A DNA stretch of 63,615 nucleotides, filler included, from Octopus bimaculoides (GCF_001194135.2; 4 parts of 4 records of this genome joined end to end with filler, not necessarily neighbours in it), one strand, 5' to 3'. Shown: positions 48,214 to 61,618, counted from the whole stretch's first letter. Numbers and translations are program-made. The notes: generated by a model not told the origin, from the sequence alone.

Positions 48214-51200
48214 AATAATCCATCCATCCATCCATCCATACATGCGTACGTACATATATATACATACATACATATTTACAAGTAAAATAAAAAAAAAGCG
48301 ATACAGTATTTTTGACGTTCGGAAACATTTTTTCACGCTTAGAATTGGTGAAGCATGAAATAAACTAGCTGTTGAGACAATACATCCTTTAAAACTTCAA
48401 TGCTTCCTGAAATCCGCCAACTGTACNNNNNNNNNNNNNNNNNNNNNNNNNNNNNNNNNNNNNNNNNNNNNNNNNNNNNNNNNNNNNNNNNNNNNNNNNN
48501 NNNNNNNNNNNNNNNNNNNNNNNNNNNNNNNNNNNNNNNNNNNNNNNNNNNNNNNNNNNNNNNNNNNNNNNNNNNNNNNNNNNNNNNNNNNNNNNNNNNN
48601 NNNNNNNNNNNNNNNNNNNNNNNNNNNNNNNNNNNNNNNNNNNNNNNNNNNNNNNNNNNNNNNNNNNNNNNNNNNNNNNNNNNNNNNNNNNNNNNNNNNN
48701 NNNNNNNNNNNNNNNNNNNNNNNNNNNNNNNNNNNNNNNNNNNNNNNNNNNNNNNNNNNNNNNNNNNNNNNNNNNNNNNNNNNNNNNNNNNNNNNNNNNN
48801 NNNNNNNNNNNNNNNNNNNNNNNNNNNNNNNNNNNNNNNNNNNNNNNNNNNNNNNNNNNNNNNNNNNNNNNNNNNNNNNNNNNNNNNNNNNNNNNNNNNN
48901 NNNNNNNNNNNNNNNNNNNNNNNNNNNNNNNNNNNNNNNNNNNNNNNNNNNNNNNNNNNNNNNNNNNNNNNNNNNNNNNNNNNNNNNNNNNNNNNNNNNN
49001 NNNNNNAGCCAGGCGGCGCTACTGACTGTCTGTTCGAAGGTTATTTATCTAATTTCAGTGGAATCTATCCACTGGTTTTCAGAAATAGAGTTATTAATAT
49101 TTCCAAGTCTCTCTAAAGGAGACTACAGCAGCGGTACTGAAAATTAATAGTTATCGCCAAGCCAACATGGCAGTCCCAAAATTAGGACGAAAGCTATGTA
49201 TGTATATATATATATACATACCAGTCTGACTCAGCTTCCCTGTAGTGGAAATTTCTAGGCGATATTTCTTGACGAAATTTCCACTTTTCATATTTTCGGA
49301 GACAGGATGGTAAGATTTTAACAGAAATTTCAAAACTGCTTCTGTGTATGTAGTTTTTATACGCTGTTGAAATTCCAGCACCATGGTTATGTTCGCTAAT
49401 AAGCGACATCAGATACTACAATATGATGTTCGCGTTTGTTCTGCAGACAGCATGTTGACTGGGCTTGTTGATATAGGAACTGGTGTCGCTGACGATATTC
49501 ATGCAGAAAATGTCGACAACGTTCTCAACATTTTAAATCTTTGATGTCGATTAAATTTCCTTTCTGTACTTTCCATACTCTCTACAAGCATAGTGGATGT
49601 GGCATACGCACATGAATTATCTAGTCATTTACAGATGAATCAAACTTGAGTATTCATTTTTAGCGGTAACTTAGTCGAACGTAGACTGACCAATACCGGT
49701 CTTCAAGCGGTGGTGGAGGAATAGACACAAAATTCATCCACAAATGTTTGGTCGACCCGGAGCCATAGAAGACATGTAATGTGCTCAAAGAACCGCGCTG
49801 TATGTCTGTACCCAAGATTCGTAACCGCACGGTGACCCTTGCGCCGAGAAAAACAGTTTGCAAAGTTAACTCTCATATTACATGTATGTTCAACGTTTTA
49901 ATTAATCAAAAACGTCTCTATTATTTATTGGAAAACTAATTCGAGATACTTACTCGAAACTTGGTTTTAATTTTTAGATAATTTTAACCTGATATAAATA
50001 ATGGCTAACACAAAATGATATTCATGACTGAATTTTTGTCTCTTTATAAGCATGAAAATGCTTTAGTGGACAATTCAATACCTTATAGTATCATGATGTA
50101 AATATATTTCTAATTAGGTAGGTAATAATTAGAGTAATAATAATTATAGTAGAACAGGAGTATGTAACGTATGTAATAGTAAGTAATATGGTTTTTAACC
50201 CAGTAAATTTTATATGAATACGCTGAATTTTATTTGCTTTGGACATGGTTTGAAATAAGAAATCAAGGGTCTTGATTTAAACTAGTGGTAAATAAATGAA
50301 TTCCTTCTCTTTCACCACAAAGTGATTATTTTGATGTTGTAGCAAATGACACCAGCAGACAAATAGCCTTTTTGCTGTGTAAAAACCATCGTACCTCACA
50401 TAGATATTCCAAAGAATAATACTTGCAAAGGCAAATAAAACAATATTTGAACTTTTTTTTTTTTTTTGACGGAGGAACTACACATTGCGATGTTTTTTTT
50501 TTAATTTGTAATAGAATTAATCAGTTTCTGTCATTTGTATTGCGCTTTGCATCAAATGTATTACGTTTCGCTGAAATATACAAGGTAGCACAAAATTCGC
50601 CCACCAGTAAACTAACATTTTGTCATTACATCTTCATATTTTTTGTTTCTTTTATGTAAATGTGATAAATATTCATAAAATGATGTTTAATTTTTATTTT
50701 AAAGCCATGTCGTAAACTTTTTAAATGTTAATTTCGCTAGTCAATGTGTTAGCAGACTAAGCCCAGTTGTTTGGTCGCCAAGATCTCATCCAAGAAGTGT
50801 TGAAAAATTCAGTGCGTGATAACCGACACTGAACTCTGAAATAATGCATAAAATTGTATTTGGTTTCGCTTTCGTAAATCTAATAAATTTGAGAGAAATC
50901 AGTTTGGAAAACTATTCAAAACATTTTTTTTTTTTAGTTAATAATTTTGTGATAATGAATGTAATGTAAATAAAACTAAATATGATCGTATCTTTTATAT
51001 AAACAATTTTCTCATATGCATATATTTTTCGGAAAAATATTATATATTACATCTTGTATGTTATTAAGCGAAATTTATTACATTGGTGAAATATATTATA
51101 GATACAATTTGATATGGTGCTTATTGTAAGACAGAAATAGTCTTTAACAAACTTAAGAGTGTCTTAAAAATGAGAACTTGATGGTTCTAATATGAACGTA

Positions 51201-51303
51201 TAAGAGTTAGGTAAATATTTAGCAACTTGTACTATGTATATACGCGGAGTTCAACTGTGAATTTTATGTATTCAGTGTTGATTATTGAATGATCCTTACA
51301 CCG

Positions 51304-51363
<60 letters not shown>
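51304..51363. repeat. (TATC)n microsatellite
   Basis: Read directly from sequence. Confidence 0.95.
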
Positions 51364-51739
51364 AGACTACCTACCAACTTATAATTCTATCTATCCATCT
51401 CCATTGTCATGAAACCTCAAGCAAAAAAAAACAAAACAATGTTCTATTCTAAACAACCCTACCCCTAAAGCATCTATTTCATATAAATGAACAAATTTTT
51501 GTACATTCACAAAATTTTATTTGATAAGTTCGAGAAAGGAACGAAAGCGCTAATAATAACGAAGTTATAACAATTCTGACAATTTTTCTCAATATTCAAT
51601 TTCTGTGCATTACACCNNNNNNNNNNNNNNNNNNNNNNNNNNNNNNNNNNNNNNNNNNNNNNNNNNNNNNNNNNNNNNNNNNNNNNNNNNNNNNNNNNNN
51701 NNNNNNNNNNNNNNNNNNNNNNNNNNNNNNNNNNNNNNN

Positions 51740-51776
<37 letters not shown>

Positions 51777-52596
51777 CATACATACATACATACATACATG
51801 CATACATGCATGCATGCATACATGCGTATATTGTTCCTAGTTTGCTTTGAAAAAATACAAGCCAGTGTCCAGTATATCATTCTGCCTACAGACACATTGC
51901 CTGTGCTTCATAAAGACAATTATCGTATCATGAGCAGAAGGCATGTCAACAATATTTCATAACTGAGATAATTGAATTTGAGAAGGCATGCATATTTACA
52001 TTTTAATGAATGAAATTTATAGTCTAAGCTTTCAACGGAATTCTTAAGATGCATAGCCTATTAGACAATGATATTAACAAGCATATAACTATTACTAAGG
52101 GAATAACTATTAATGCACGTGTACAAACCGTGTTAATGGTAGATTAGGGTAATATATCCCAAATCTTCCGGAAATGCTACTGTGTAACATGAGTTAAGAA
52201 CATCCTATGAAAATGGAAACGTAAGCTAAAAGTACAACATCTCTTCCAGCCGTGATGTTGTAAATGCGTTTCCATAATGTAATTAGGAGTATGAAAGTGA
52301 AAGTCCCTCATTACAGAATTTCAAATTCAATTAATTATAATCCCCTCAGGTACTATGAATATCGGTAAAGCATAAATAAGCAAGCACTTCATCACACAGA
52401 GAGGTTTTCACATTTCCTTGAGTATCAAATACGTACACGCATATACATACATATAGACATAGAATGCTACATGCATAAAGGAATTCGTATATGCATGTTT
52501 ACATTCATTTTTGCATGCAGACTGTCATACACACACATATATTCCAAAATCCCTCATGCCTCACACCGCAGATGTGTGCGTGTGTGTATGTGTCTG

Positions 52597-52628
<32 letters not shown>

Positions 52629-52729
52629 TNNNNNNNNNNNNNNNNNNNNNNNNNNNNNNNNNNNNNNNNNNNNTTAATTAATTAANNNNNNNNNNNNNNN
52701 NNNNNNNNNNNNNNNNNNNNNNNNNNNNN

Positions 52730-53450
52730 ACTCTACCGGCACAGAAGTGCCGTCAGCCGGGACTGCCCGAGGTGCACTCAGAGCGACGAAACCGTTCTGC
52801 ACGCACTCGTCCAGTGCCCGAGTATTGCTGACCTGTGGGTTTATGTCGAACAGCTTCTGTCACGTGTAGGACGGATCCGGCTATCAGCTGAATCCATAGT
52901 GAAGATTGTCCCACCGGCCTCCTTTAACCGGGAGGGCAAGGCAATTTTCATTTGTTTGGTGGCTGCAGTGAAAGAGGTGGTATGGTGGACCCGTTTGAAA
53001 GGGCTAAAGTCAGACACTTTCCTCTTTGGCTAAGGCCTTATCAACTTTTCAAGTTCCACTTGAAAAAGGTGAGGGTAGAAAGGGAAGTGTTGTCTCGTAG
53101 AAAATTTGTTGAAAGATGGGTGAATGTAGGAAGAATGGCCAGTATGGACGAACCAATTCTGAGATTACACCTGTAAAAAAAGGAGTATAAAAGGAGAAAG
53201 GGCTCTCGCCCTGTTGACCAGGCACCCGTGACTTTTATGGGCTTTTCCACGAATAACCTTCAAAGCGCCTCCCCTTATTGGGAGTTTTTTATTTGTTAAA
53301 TTTTTATTGTTATCATATGTTTACACAGATTTTTCTTTTTGCAACACCCTTAGTTTTATCGTCCTGTTTTTGTCCTTTCATGTTTTTGATTTATATTAGC
53401 CCTTGTGGCCAATAAACCGGAATTCATTATTATTATTATTATTATTATTA
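52730..53450 (+). mobile_element. Tx1/L1-clade LINE 3' end with CCHC knuckle, 3' UTR and (ATT)n tail
   Basis: CPRCTQSDETVLHALVQC at 52764-52817; ORF stop at 53176; gcccttgtggccAATAAA, then an ATT repeat. Confidence 0.88.
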
Positions 53451-53572
53451 TGTTTTTTTTTCTTCTTTCTTCAAATTTTCTTCCATTTCTCGCCGAGTGT
53501 TTTCCGTACACCTAGGGCAGAGAAACTCATTGTATGCATTCCCAGTTTACACACGCAAATTCACAGGTAAAA

Positions 53573-53611
<39 letters not shown>

Positions 53612-53746
53612 CCTTGTTCTTGTTACTACTGCTGATATTTTTACCATTATTATTAATACAACTGTTACTATTGCAATATTGTTGATGTTATTATTATTAT
53701 GATGATAATAATGATGATGATGATCATCATTATCATCATCATCATC

Positions 53747-53800
<54 letters not shown>

Positions 53801-53880
53801 TTATTGTTGTTATTATTGTTGTTGTTATTGTTGTTATTGTTATTAATATTATCATCATCATTATTTTTACTGTTCATTAG
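53425..53880. repeat. Compound (ATT)n/(ATC)n/(GTT)n microsatellite field
   Basis: Read directly from sequence. Confidence 0.9.
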
Positions 53881-54341
53881 TTTGAATAAAATTCATGCGA
53901 CAAGCAGATCGAAATTACAGGCTGTAAAACTGTCAGAACAGACCAAATGTATTTTGTGCATGATTGGAAAGAACGATGACCATTTTCGAGTAAACGTTTG
54001 CAATCGATCGGAAAATACTAAAAAAGAAAAGAAATACTCCCAAGTTTGCGCAATAATAAATAATAAATAATAATAATGATAGTAGTAGTAGTAGTAGTAG
54101 TAGAGTTTGGAGGAAGAATTAATGAAAGAAGGAAGAAAAATATAGTATGAAACAGAAATAAGCAAAATACAGAAGTGTTGTAGAAGAAAATGGTAATCTT
54201 TAGTTGATGTAATGATAGATAAATGCGTCTAATATGTATGTATATATGCATAGATATAGAAGTAGATATACATATGTAAAATTGGTTTGTATGTATGTAT
54301 ATACATATATATACATGTAAACACACACACACACACACACA

Positions 54342-54372
<31 letters not shown>

Positions 54373-55233
54373 CATAGCATTATATTTCTTTTGAAAATCA
54401 GGACGCTGGTCTATGAAAAAAAACGGTGTGTGGGATAGCTACTCATTCCGGTGAGGGTGGTGTTGTCCAGTTCGAGGAAAAAAATTTGTCCATGTGCTCA
54501 AATTTGCTAAAAATTTGGGATCTGACACTAAATTTTGTGGTGGAATTCTTGGATCTAAAAAGAATGTGTTATATTTCAGCTACGCATAACTTACATCTCT
54601 ATCATCCATTTATACATAGCTAGATTTCTGCTCGATTCTCCACTTGATTATATGCTATGTGCAGTTGATCTTTAGATCGCATACATGGCTAACCAATTTA
54701 GTGTGGCTTTTTTGTATTAATGTATTGGAAAGAAGTCCGGTGGTTTGCATAGCACCCTTTAAAATTACCTTTGCATAAACCGACGTAATTAAAGACTTGG
54801 GCCCCTTCTCCGTCAAATTATTCTACACCAACAAGTTTCATTATGATTTCTACAGACAAATGGGACGCATATCTTGATTTTGTTACTTTACTTTTCTTTC
54901 TTCTCGTCCCACCTTTTGCATCAAACTTTTTTGCGTTTTTCTTTTCGTTTTTTTTCACATGTTTTCTTAGAGGAACAGCGTCCTGGTTTTCATATAGATC
55001 TAACGGTATGCACTGAGTGTGAAAGATTGGTTGGAGATACATGGCATTCTATATAAATCTGCCAAATATCTCTACAATGTGAAACTATTAGTAGCCATTT
55101 TTTCTTTAAATCGGGCATATTAAATGATATTTATCTCTCCATGGATAGAGTATTTTTATGTTGATCTTACCTATAACGGAACAATAAACTATGTATATAC
55201 ATGTGTATATAAACATTCATACGTACAATCATT

Positions 55234-55309
55234 CATACATACATACATACATACATACATACATACATACATACATACATACATACATACGTACATACAT
55301 ACATACATA
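55234..55309. repeat. (CATA)n microsatellite
   Basis: Read directly from sequence. Confidence 0.95.
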
Positions 55310-55919
55310 TATTTCGTCTGCGTTCAATACCTCGATAGTGTCGTAGAGGCACCGTCGTGACGCAGTGGTTACTTAGGGAATTTATTTCTAAGTCTGATCG
55401 CAGTCGATTTCTTCCAGAAGAGAGAACTGAGACAGACAAAGGAGTTATATAAAGAGAATGGACCCAGTACTTGTACTTCATTCATCGATTCCGAAAGGAC
55501 GAACGGCAAAGTCAACCATGGTAAGGATGAGGAACATGTACAGCACGACATTTTGTCCAGCACTGCACCGATTCTGTCCATTTAACACATATATGACTTA
55601 GATATAGACATCGGGTATTCGGGCTAAGTTCGACATTTTGCATAAAAGGAAATGAAAGAACAATATTCCATCTAAAAATTAAAGTATTTAAAATATCAAA
55701 GAATTTCAACTACATTAAGGCTGGGAGGTAACAGTATATGCGAAGTAGCCGTCATCAGCTTCCACCACGACCATAAAATGGCTTCGGAACCTGGCGAATG
55801 CTTTCCTCCACGGTGTCCATTGGAAGATCATTGAACTCCATTTTGATCTTTGCCACCAGTTCGGCCTTGTTGTTGCAAGCAGAGTGGTTGGTGTCTTTCT
55901 CAGCCGCACCCCACATATA

Positions 55920-56490
55920 CAGCCATGGCCAAAAGTTTGGAACATTTAAAAAAAAAATTAAAATTGTAATGCCCAAATACAATTGGATCCACATATATCC
56001 AACGTAGAGACATACTTACCTAATAACTAATCCAATGATTCAATATCTAGAAGAAAAATAGGCAAAATCAACAATATAGTTCTAGATCATAGGTTCTCAA
56101 AGTGGGCGCTGCCCCCAGCCGGCGGGCGTTGAGAGGGTGCAGGTGGGTGCTGATGTTTAAGGCGGCGGTAGAGAAAAGGAGGTTTTGGGAGAAAGGCAGT
56201 GGATTGGGGAACGTTTATGAATTTATAATATTATTATAGTATTGTATAGTATTATATCAAATATCAAATGACTCATAGTATATATAAATGAGTAAAATAT
56301 TAAATTTTATATTTATACATAAAAATAGGGGTGAGGACGCTGAGGGTATTATGTGGCCATGAGGCGGGGGTGGGTGGCCCAAATAGTTTGAGAATCTCTG
56401 TTTTAGACAGACCAAACTGCTTACTTTTAATAAATAGAAGCTCGTACATCACGTATAGGAAAATATGTTCCAAACTTTTGGCCACGACTG
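55920..56490. mobile_element. Tc1-type MITE with ~26-bp TIRs
   Basis: CAGCCATGGCCAAAAGTTTGGAACAT and ATGTTCCAAACTTTTGGCCACGACTG; flanks are TA (55918-55919) and CA (56491-56492). Confidence 0.8.
56088..56400. mobile_element. hAT/Charlie-type MITE
   Basis: Termini CATAGGTTCTCAAAG and GTTTGAGAATCTCTG; 8-bp flanks TTCTAGAT and TTTTAGAC (6/8 match). Confidence 0.75.
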
Positions 56491-56644
56491 CAGTAATCCA
56501 CGGGGTTACAATGCGGGGGAATTAGGAGGCTTGAGATCGGGGCTGGCGAAGTCTTAGAAATTATTCGACAACAACTTCTGGTTCTTTCTGGAATCATTCC
56601 AAATGAAACCATATTATAATTATATTCATAACCGAATTCAAGAA

Positions 56645-56645
<1 letters not shown>

Positions 56646-56703
<58 letters not shown>

Positions 56704-56721
56704 CATCATCATTATTATCAA

Positions 56722-56772
<51 letters not shown>
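56646..56772. repeat. (ATT)n(ATC)n microsatellite
   Basis: Read directly from sequence. Confidence 0.95.
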
Positions 56773-57646
56773 TTTATCAGTAAATCTTAGAGCATATCTA
56801 GAATTGCTGAGTATGCGAGTATTCGTATGAATGTTAGAATGAATATTCGTTAGAATCTTTAATGGAAAAAATTCTAATGAACTTCTAATCTATGTTTTAT
56901 TTTTTTTGGTTTCCAAAACAAAGATAGAATAACCATAAGAATCGATAATCAATGACAAAAAAAAAAAAGTTACAAAAAATTTTTGAAAATGTTTCTCTCA
57001 ACGAATGATGAAACAAACTAGAAATATTACCAACAGTTTGTGAAAGCTGTATATGGTAAAATCGGCCAAACATGTTTTACGTATTGTTGCACTGCTCTCT
57101 TTCGCCATATTGTTTTCACTATGTTTCGTTTTAGTATCAGCTTCCGTTTCATGACAGCCTGGTACGAGCATAAATGGAAATAAAAGAATTGGTTTCAGAT
57201 TCTTGAAAGAGTGAAAGGTTTCTTGAATGAAGCAAGATACACAATTATGTAACTCCGTGTGTTTGTGTTTGTGTGTGTGTGTGTATACAGAGTGTTCAGG
57301 ATAAATTTGACAATATTTAGTCCAATCTTTATGCCGGTGAGCTGGCAGAAACGCTAGCACGCTAGGCGAAATACTTAGCGGTATTTCGTCTGCTGCTACG
57401 TTCTGAGTTCAAATTCCACACACAAGGCTTTGGTCGGCCCAAGAAAACGCTTAGCCAAGGTGACACGCAATGGAACTGAATCCGAAGTCATATACATGTA
57501 TGTATACAGACATAAATACACAAGTTTGAGTTAGATGGATAGAGACAGAAACAAAAGTAGTGAGATAGAGTAACGACGGAGAGCTGACAGCACTGGTGTA
57601 AATTTGCTGCTGCTGTTGTTGTTGATGCTGATGATCATGATGATGC

Positions 57647-57682
<36 letters not shown>

Positions 57683-57987
57683 CTGGTAGAGGCGGTGCTA
57701 CAAAGTAACCCTTGTTGTTTGTAATAAAACAAGGGAGGACAAAGGTTATTATATCTCTTAACCAAGACAATGAACAGTATGACACACGGCTTTCATAACA
57801 ATATTATACCTAAATGAAATGTAAATAGGATTCAATCACAACTTTTTCAGATATTCATTTCACCTTATAAGCATTAAACATTGAACATTAAACGCATTTT
57901 TATTTATTCCTGACAAACAACTATAAACATTATCGTGTGTGTGTATGTGTGCATGTGTGTGCATTTGTATGCATGCGTTTTGTATTA

Positions 57988-58024
<37 letters not shown>

Positions 58025-58261
58025 GTGTATATATGTATACATATATATGCATAGATGCATACATATATACATGTTTACATATATATATATATANNNNNNN
58101 NNNNNNNNNNNNNNNNNNNNNNNNNNNNNNNNNNNNNNNNNNNNNNNNNNNNNNNNNNNNNNNNNNNNNNNNNNNNNNNNNNNNNNNNNNNNNNNNNNNN
58201 NNNNNNNNNTATATATGTATGCATGTCCATGCATGAATACATACATATATATATATGTATA

Positions 58262-58297
<36 letters not shown>

Positions 58298-58932
58298 TGT
58301 ATATACATACATACATACATACATACACATATACATGCATACATACATACATATATACATATATACATGCATGCAAACATACATATGTATAATTAGTACT
58401 AGCACCTGTTTAAATTGAGACTTGAAATCAATAACCAAGAGTAAGAACAGTGAGCGATGCATGTGGTTGTGTGTGTGTGTGTGCGCGCGCGCGCATGTGT
58501 GTTTATGTGTGTGTGAATGTGTGTGTGAGTTTGTGTGTGTAATCGTTAATTCGCTTAGCACGTTTGATTGTAATTGGCCATAATAAGATCTGTGTTGCAA
58601 TAATAGTCCGGGGAGACATGTGTAAATACACGTTCTGCTTTGGGGTGTTAGTAGTGTCGTTATGCCACAGGACGTATGTGTTTCTGTCTCGTTCTGCTTC
58701 GTCAACAAGTATGAAATAATATTTATGAGAACAGCAAAGAAATTGGCAGCTGATGTGTGAATGGCCTGGTCTTCCTGGACTGAATATTTAGTGTCGTATG
58801 GCATAACTTTAGATAAGATATAATCGTGTAGAGTTATGTTTAGTTGAAATTTATAGAAAAGCAAAAGACGAAGACAGGTGTATGAACAACAAGCAAGTGT
58901 ATTAGTTTGACGCTCGGGAAAAATGAAAGGGT

Positions 58933-58968
58933 CTTTTACATTTCGAGCCTGCGCTCTTCAGCAGAAAG
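58933..58968 (-). ncRNA. Hammerhead-ribozyme-like motif, variant core CUGCUGA+A
   Basis: CTTT-CTGCTGA-A-GAGC-gcag-GCTC-GAAA-TG-TA-AAAG; same Penelope-terminus family as 8462 and 32867. Confidence 0.55.
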
Positions 58969-59150
58969 GAATAAGAGGAAATAAACAGAGAGAGAATGGA
59001 AAGAACGTGTAGAGTCCAACGGTTCACCACGGCAGTGATAAGACCTAACGCTGCATGAATAGACCCGTGATTAAGTCGTGTAAATACATACCTTACCTTG
59101 GGCTGTGGGTGACGCCATTAGATCGTACCCAAGTGCCAAGGAATAATATT

Positions 59151-59367
59151 GGTTTCAAATTTAGGCACAAGATAAGCAATTTCGGGGTGAGGGGTTAAAT
59201 AGATTTCATCGAGCCAGTGTTGTTCAACTGCTACTTATTCTATCGAGATCGGAAGGATGAAAAGTAAAATCGATCTCGGCAGACTCTGAACTCAGAACGC
59301 GAAGACAGAGGCGAAATGCCGCTTAGCAGTTTCCCGGCTGTGTTAACGATTCTGCCAGCTCGCCACC
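59151..59367 (-). mobile_element. SINE family A copy (cttgtgcctaaatttgaaacc tail type)
   Basis: Reverse complement reads ggcgagctggcagaatcgttaac...cgttctgagttcagag...cttgtgcctaaatttgaaacc. Confidence 0.8.
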
Positions 59368-60026
59368 AGGGAGTAATATAACATCGGGTGATGTATTACG
59401 TCAATCGTCCTTGTGTGGTTACATGATTGCATGATCGCGGTCTAATGATTGAAACTAGTAAATATAATAAATAATATTTCCCATAACTATATGCTGCGCG
59501 TTATTTTGCCGAACGCTCTACCGATTTAGCCTATCTAGCAGATTAAAGCGGTCCTTTTACATGATTCATTAATAAATAAGCATTTTTTTGCCTGATCGCC
59601 CAGCTTGAACTAATTTTTAGAAATAATTTAGATTCCAACAATATGGCGGCCTGTGAACAATTAATGTGGTTTAAAAACAAATATTGGATGACGTGTCACT
59701 TTAATTAAAGTTGAATAAATAAAACAATCTAATTAAGACACAAATTGTTGTCGTTCGCGCTCTTATTTCTGTGGTTGCTGTTGTTGGTTAGAGAACAATA
59801 GAAAAAGTTACATGTTGAGGGATTGGATTTTATCAATAGTCACCAACAGTAAACAACATGAAATACGAAAACAAATTAGCTCATTACGCAAACGACGAGA
59901 GAAACAAATGCAAAACAGGACAAGTAACACAAGGAACGACCCTTCATCAGCTATATATATATATATATAGGCGCAGTGAATATATAATAAACAGTGAACA
60001 GTGAACGATTATATACATCCATCCAT

Positions 60027-60073
<47 letters not shown>

Positions 60074-61578
60074 NNNNNNNNNNNNNNNNNNNNNNNNNNN
60101 NNNNNNNNNNNNNNNNNTTAATTAATTAANNNNNNNNNNNNNNNNNNNNNNNNNNNNNNNNNNNNNNNNNNNNAATAATACAGAATGGGACAAGAACACA
60201 AAACATCAAGACAGTTAGGTGATACAAGAAAAGGACAAAACATCCAGATAGACGATACAAGGAAACAAGGACAGGTCATTCGGAGTTTTCTTTCTTCAGT
60301 CGAGATCCAGAATATACATATATTTGCATACATATATATACATATATACATACATATATATATGCATACATACACATACATATATACATACATACATATA
60401 TACACATACATATATATATACATACATATATCTACATACATATATATATATATATACATACACACACACACACATATGTGTGAATGTATTTATATTTCAG
60501 TTGCATATACGATCACAAACGTTCGACTGAATCTAGCGCGAGTCTCAAGGCTGTACCTAGAAAGACACACTGCACCAATTGTGCTGCGCTTAATGGACTC
60601 CAGATCCAGATTAACTGCAGGTTCCGAGTAAGGTGAATAAAAGCAAATAACAACGATGGGTAGTGGTTCACCCACTACAGCTGTTTCAGACGTGCTTTTT
60701 TTTTTCTTTTTGATGAATAAATTTATTACACCATGTGAAAATAAACCGGTGCATATATTTTCTTTTCGCAACATGTAATATTCTATTCATCAACAAAAAG
60801 CGCGTTCTAAACAGCTATAGTGGATGGACCACAATCCATCTGTTGTTATTTGTTGATATACATCGTTTATAGATCCGATAGAGATAGGATCAATAACAAA
60901 AGTACTCTATCCAATGAGAAATTAATAACAAATTAATGCACAATTACGAAAGAGCTACTAACAGCTTTATACTTTTGTGATACTGTAACTGGATGCATTT
61001 ATAAAATGCGCCATCTTATCTTCAAGCAATCTCTCATTTTCTGTTTATGCATTGGACAGTTAAAGTATGTATTCATAAAACTTGGCTGAGATTGATGGGT
61101 GACCGTTTGGCCCAATCGGATGCGCAAGGAACGACGTAAGCGTTGATTTGTAGGTTCGATTCTGGCTTATGTTACCTCATCATTTTTCAGTCAATTGTTT
61201 ATATATAAATGCCGCTTTAAATCGGAGTATATAGATTATTATACAATTATTATTGTACACACACGTAACATACATACATATATATAATTCTTCCACAAGA
61301 ATGTTCTTAAAAGGTGATTTCAAAGTTTCAGCAGCTAAACCATCGTCCATTTCTTATAACTAAACATAAAACAAACATTAATCTATATCTATAGATCTAT
61401 CTCTCTATCTGACGAATGCTCGAAATGAGGAGTAGATGGACAGCCGACAACTGATGAAAAGTCGTTCTTTATGTTACTTGTCCTGTTTTCCATTTTTTAC
61501 TCTCATTGTCTGCGTATTCAATTCATTTGTTTTCGTATTTCATGTTTATTGTTTGTGACGTCCTGTACCCATATATGC

Positions 61579-61618
<40 letters not shown>

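Larger units (their letters stand above)
55715..56600 (-). mobile_element. DD37D-like mariner fragment split by nested MITEs
   Basis: NNF.DFASPD..PPNSP.CNPVDY (56600-56491) continues as YMWGAAEKDTN...NNKAELVAKIK (55919-55715); same family as 19600-20560. Confidence 0.75.

Noticed and set aside
53668-54070. Poly-Ile/Asn/Leu ORFs (also 56603-56830 and the poly-His ORF 57451-57765)
   Set aside because: These are translations of trinucleotide microsatellites.
57860-58864. 334-aa minus-strand ORF
   Set aside because: Mostly microsatellite and gap, and the N-terminal part has no recognisable domain.
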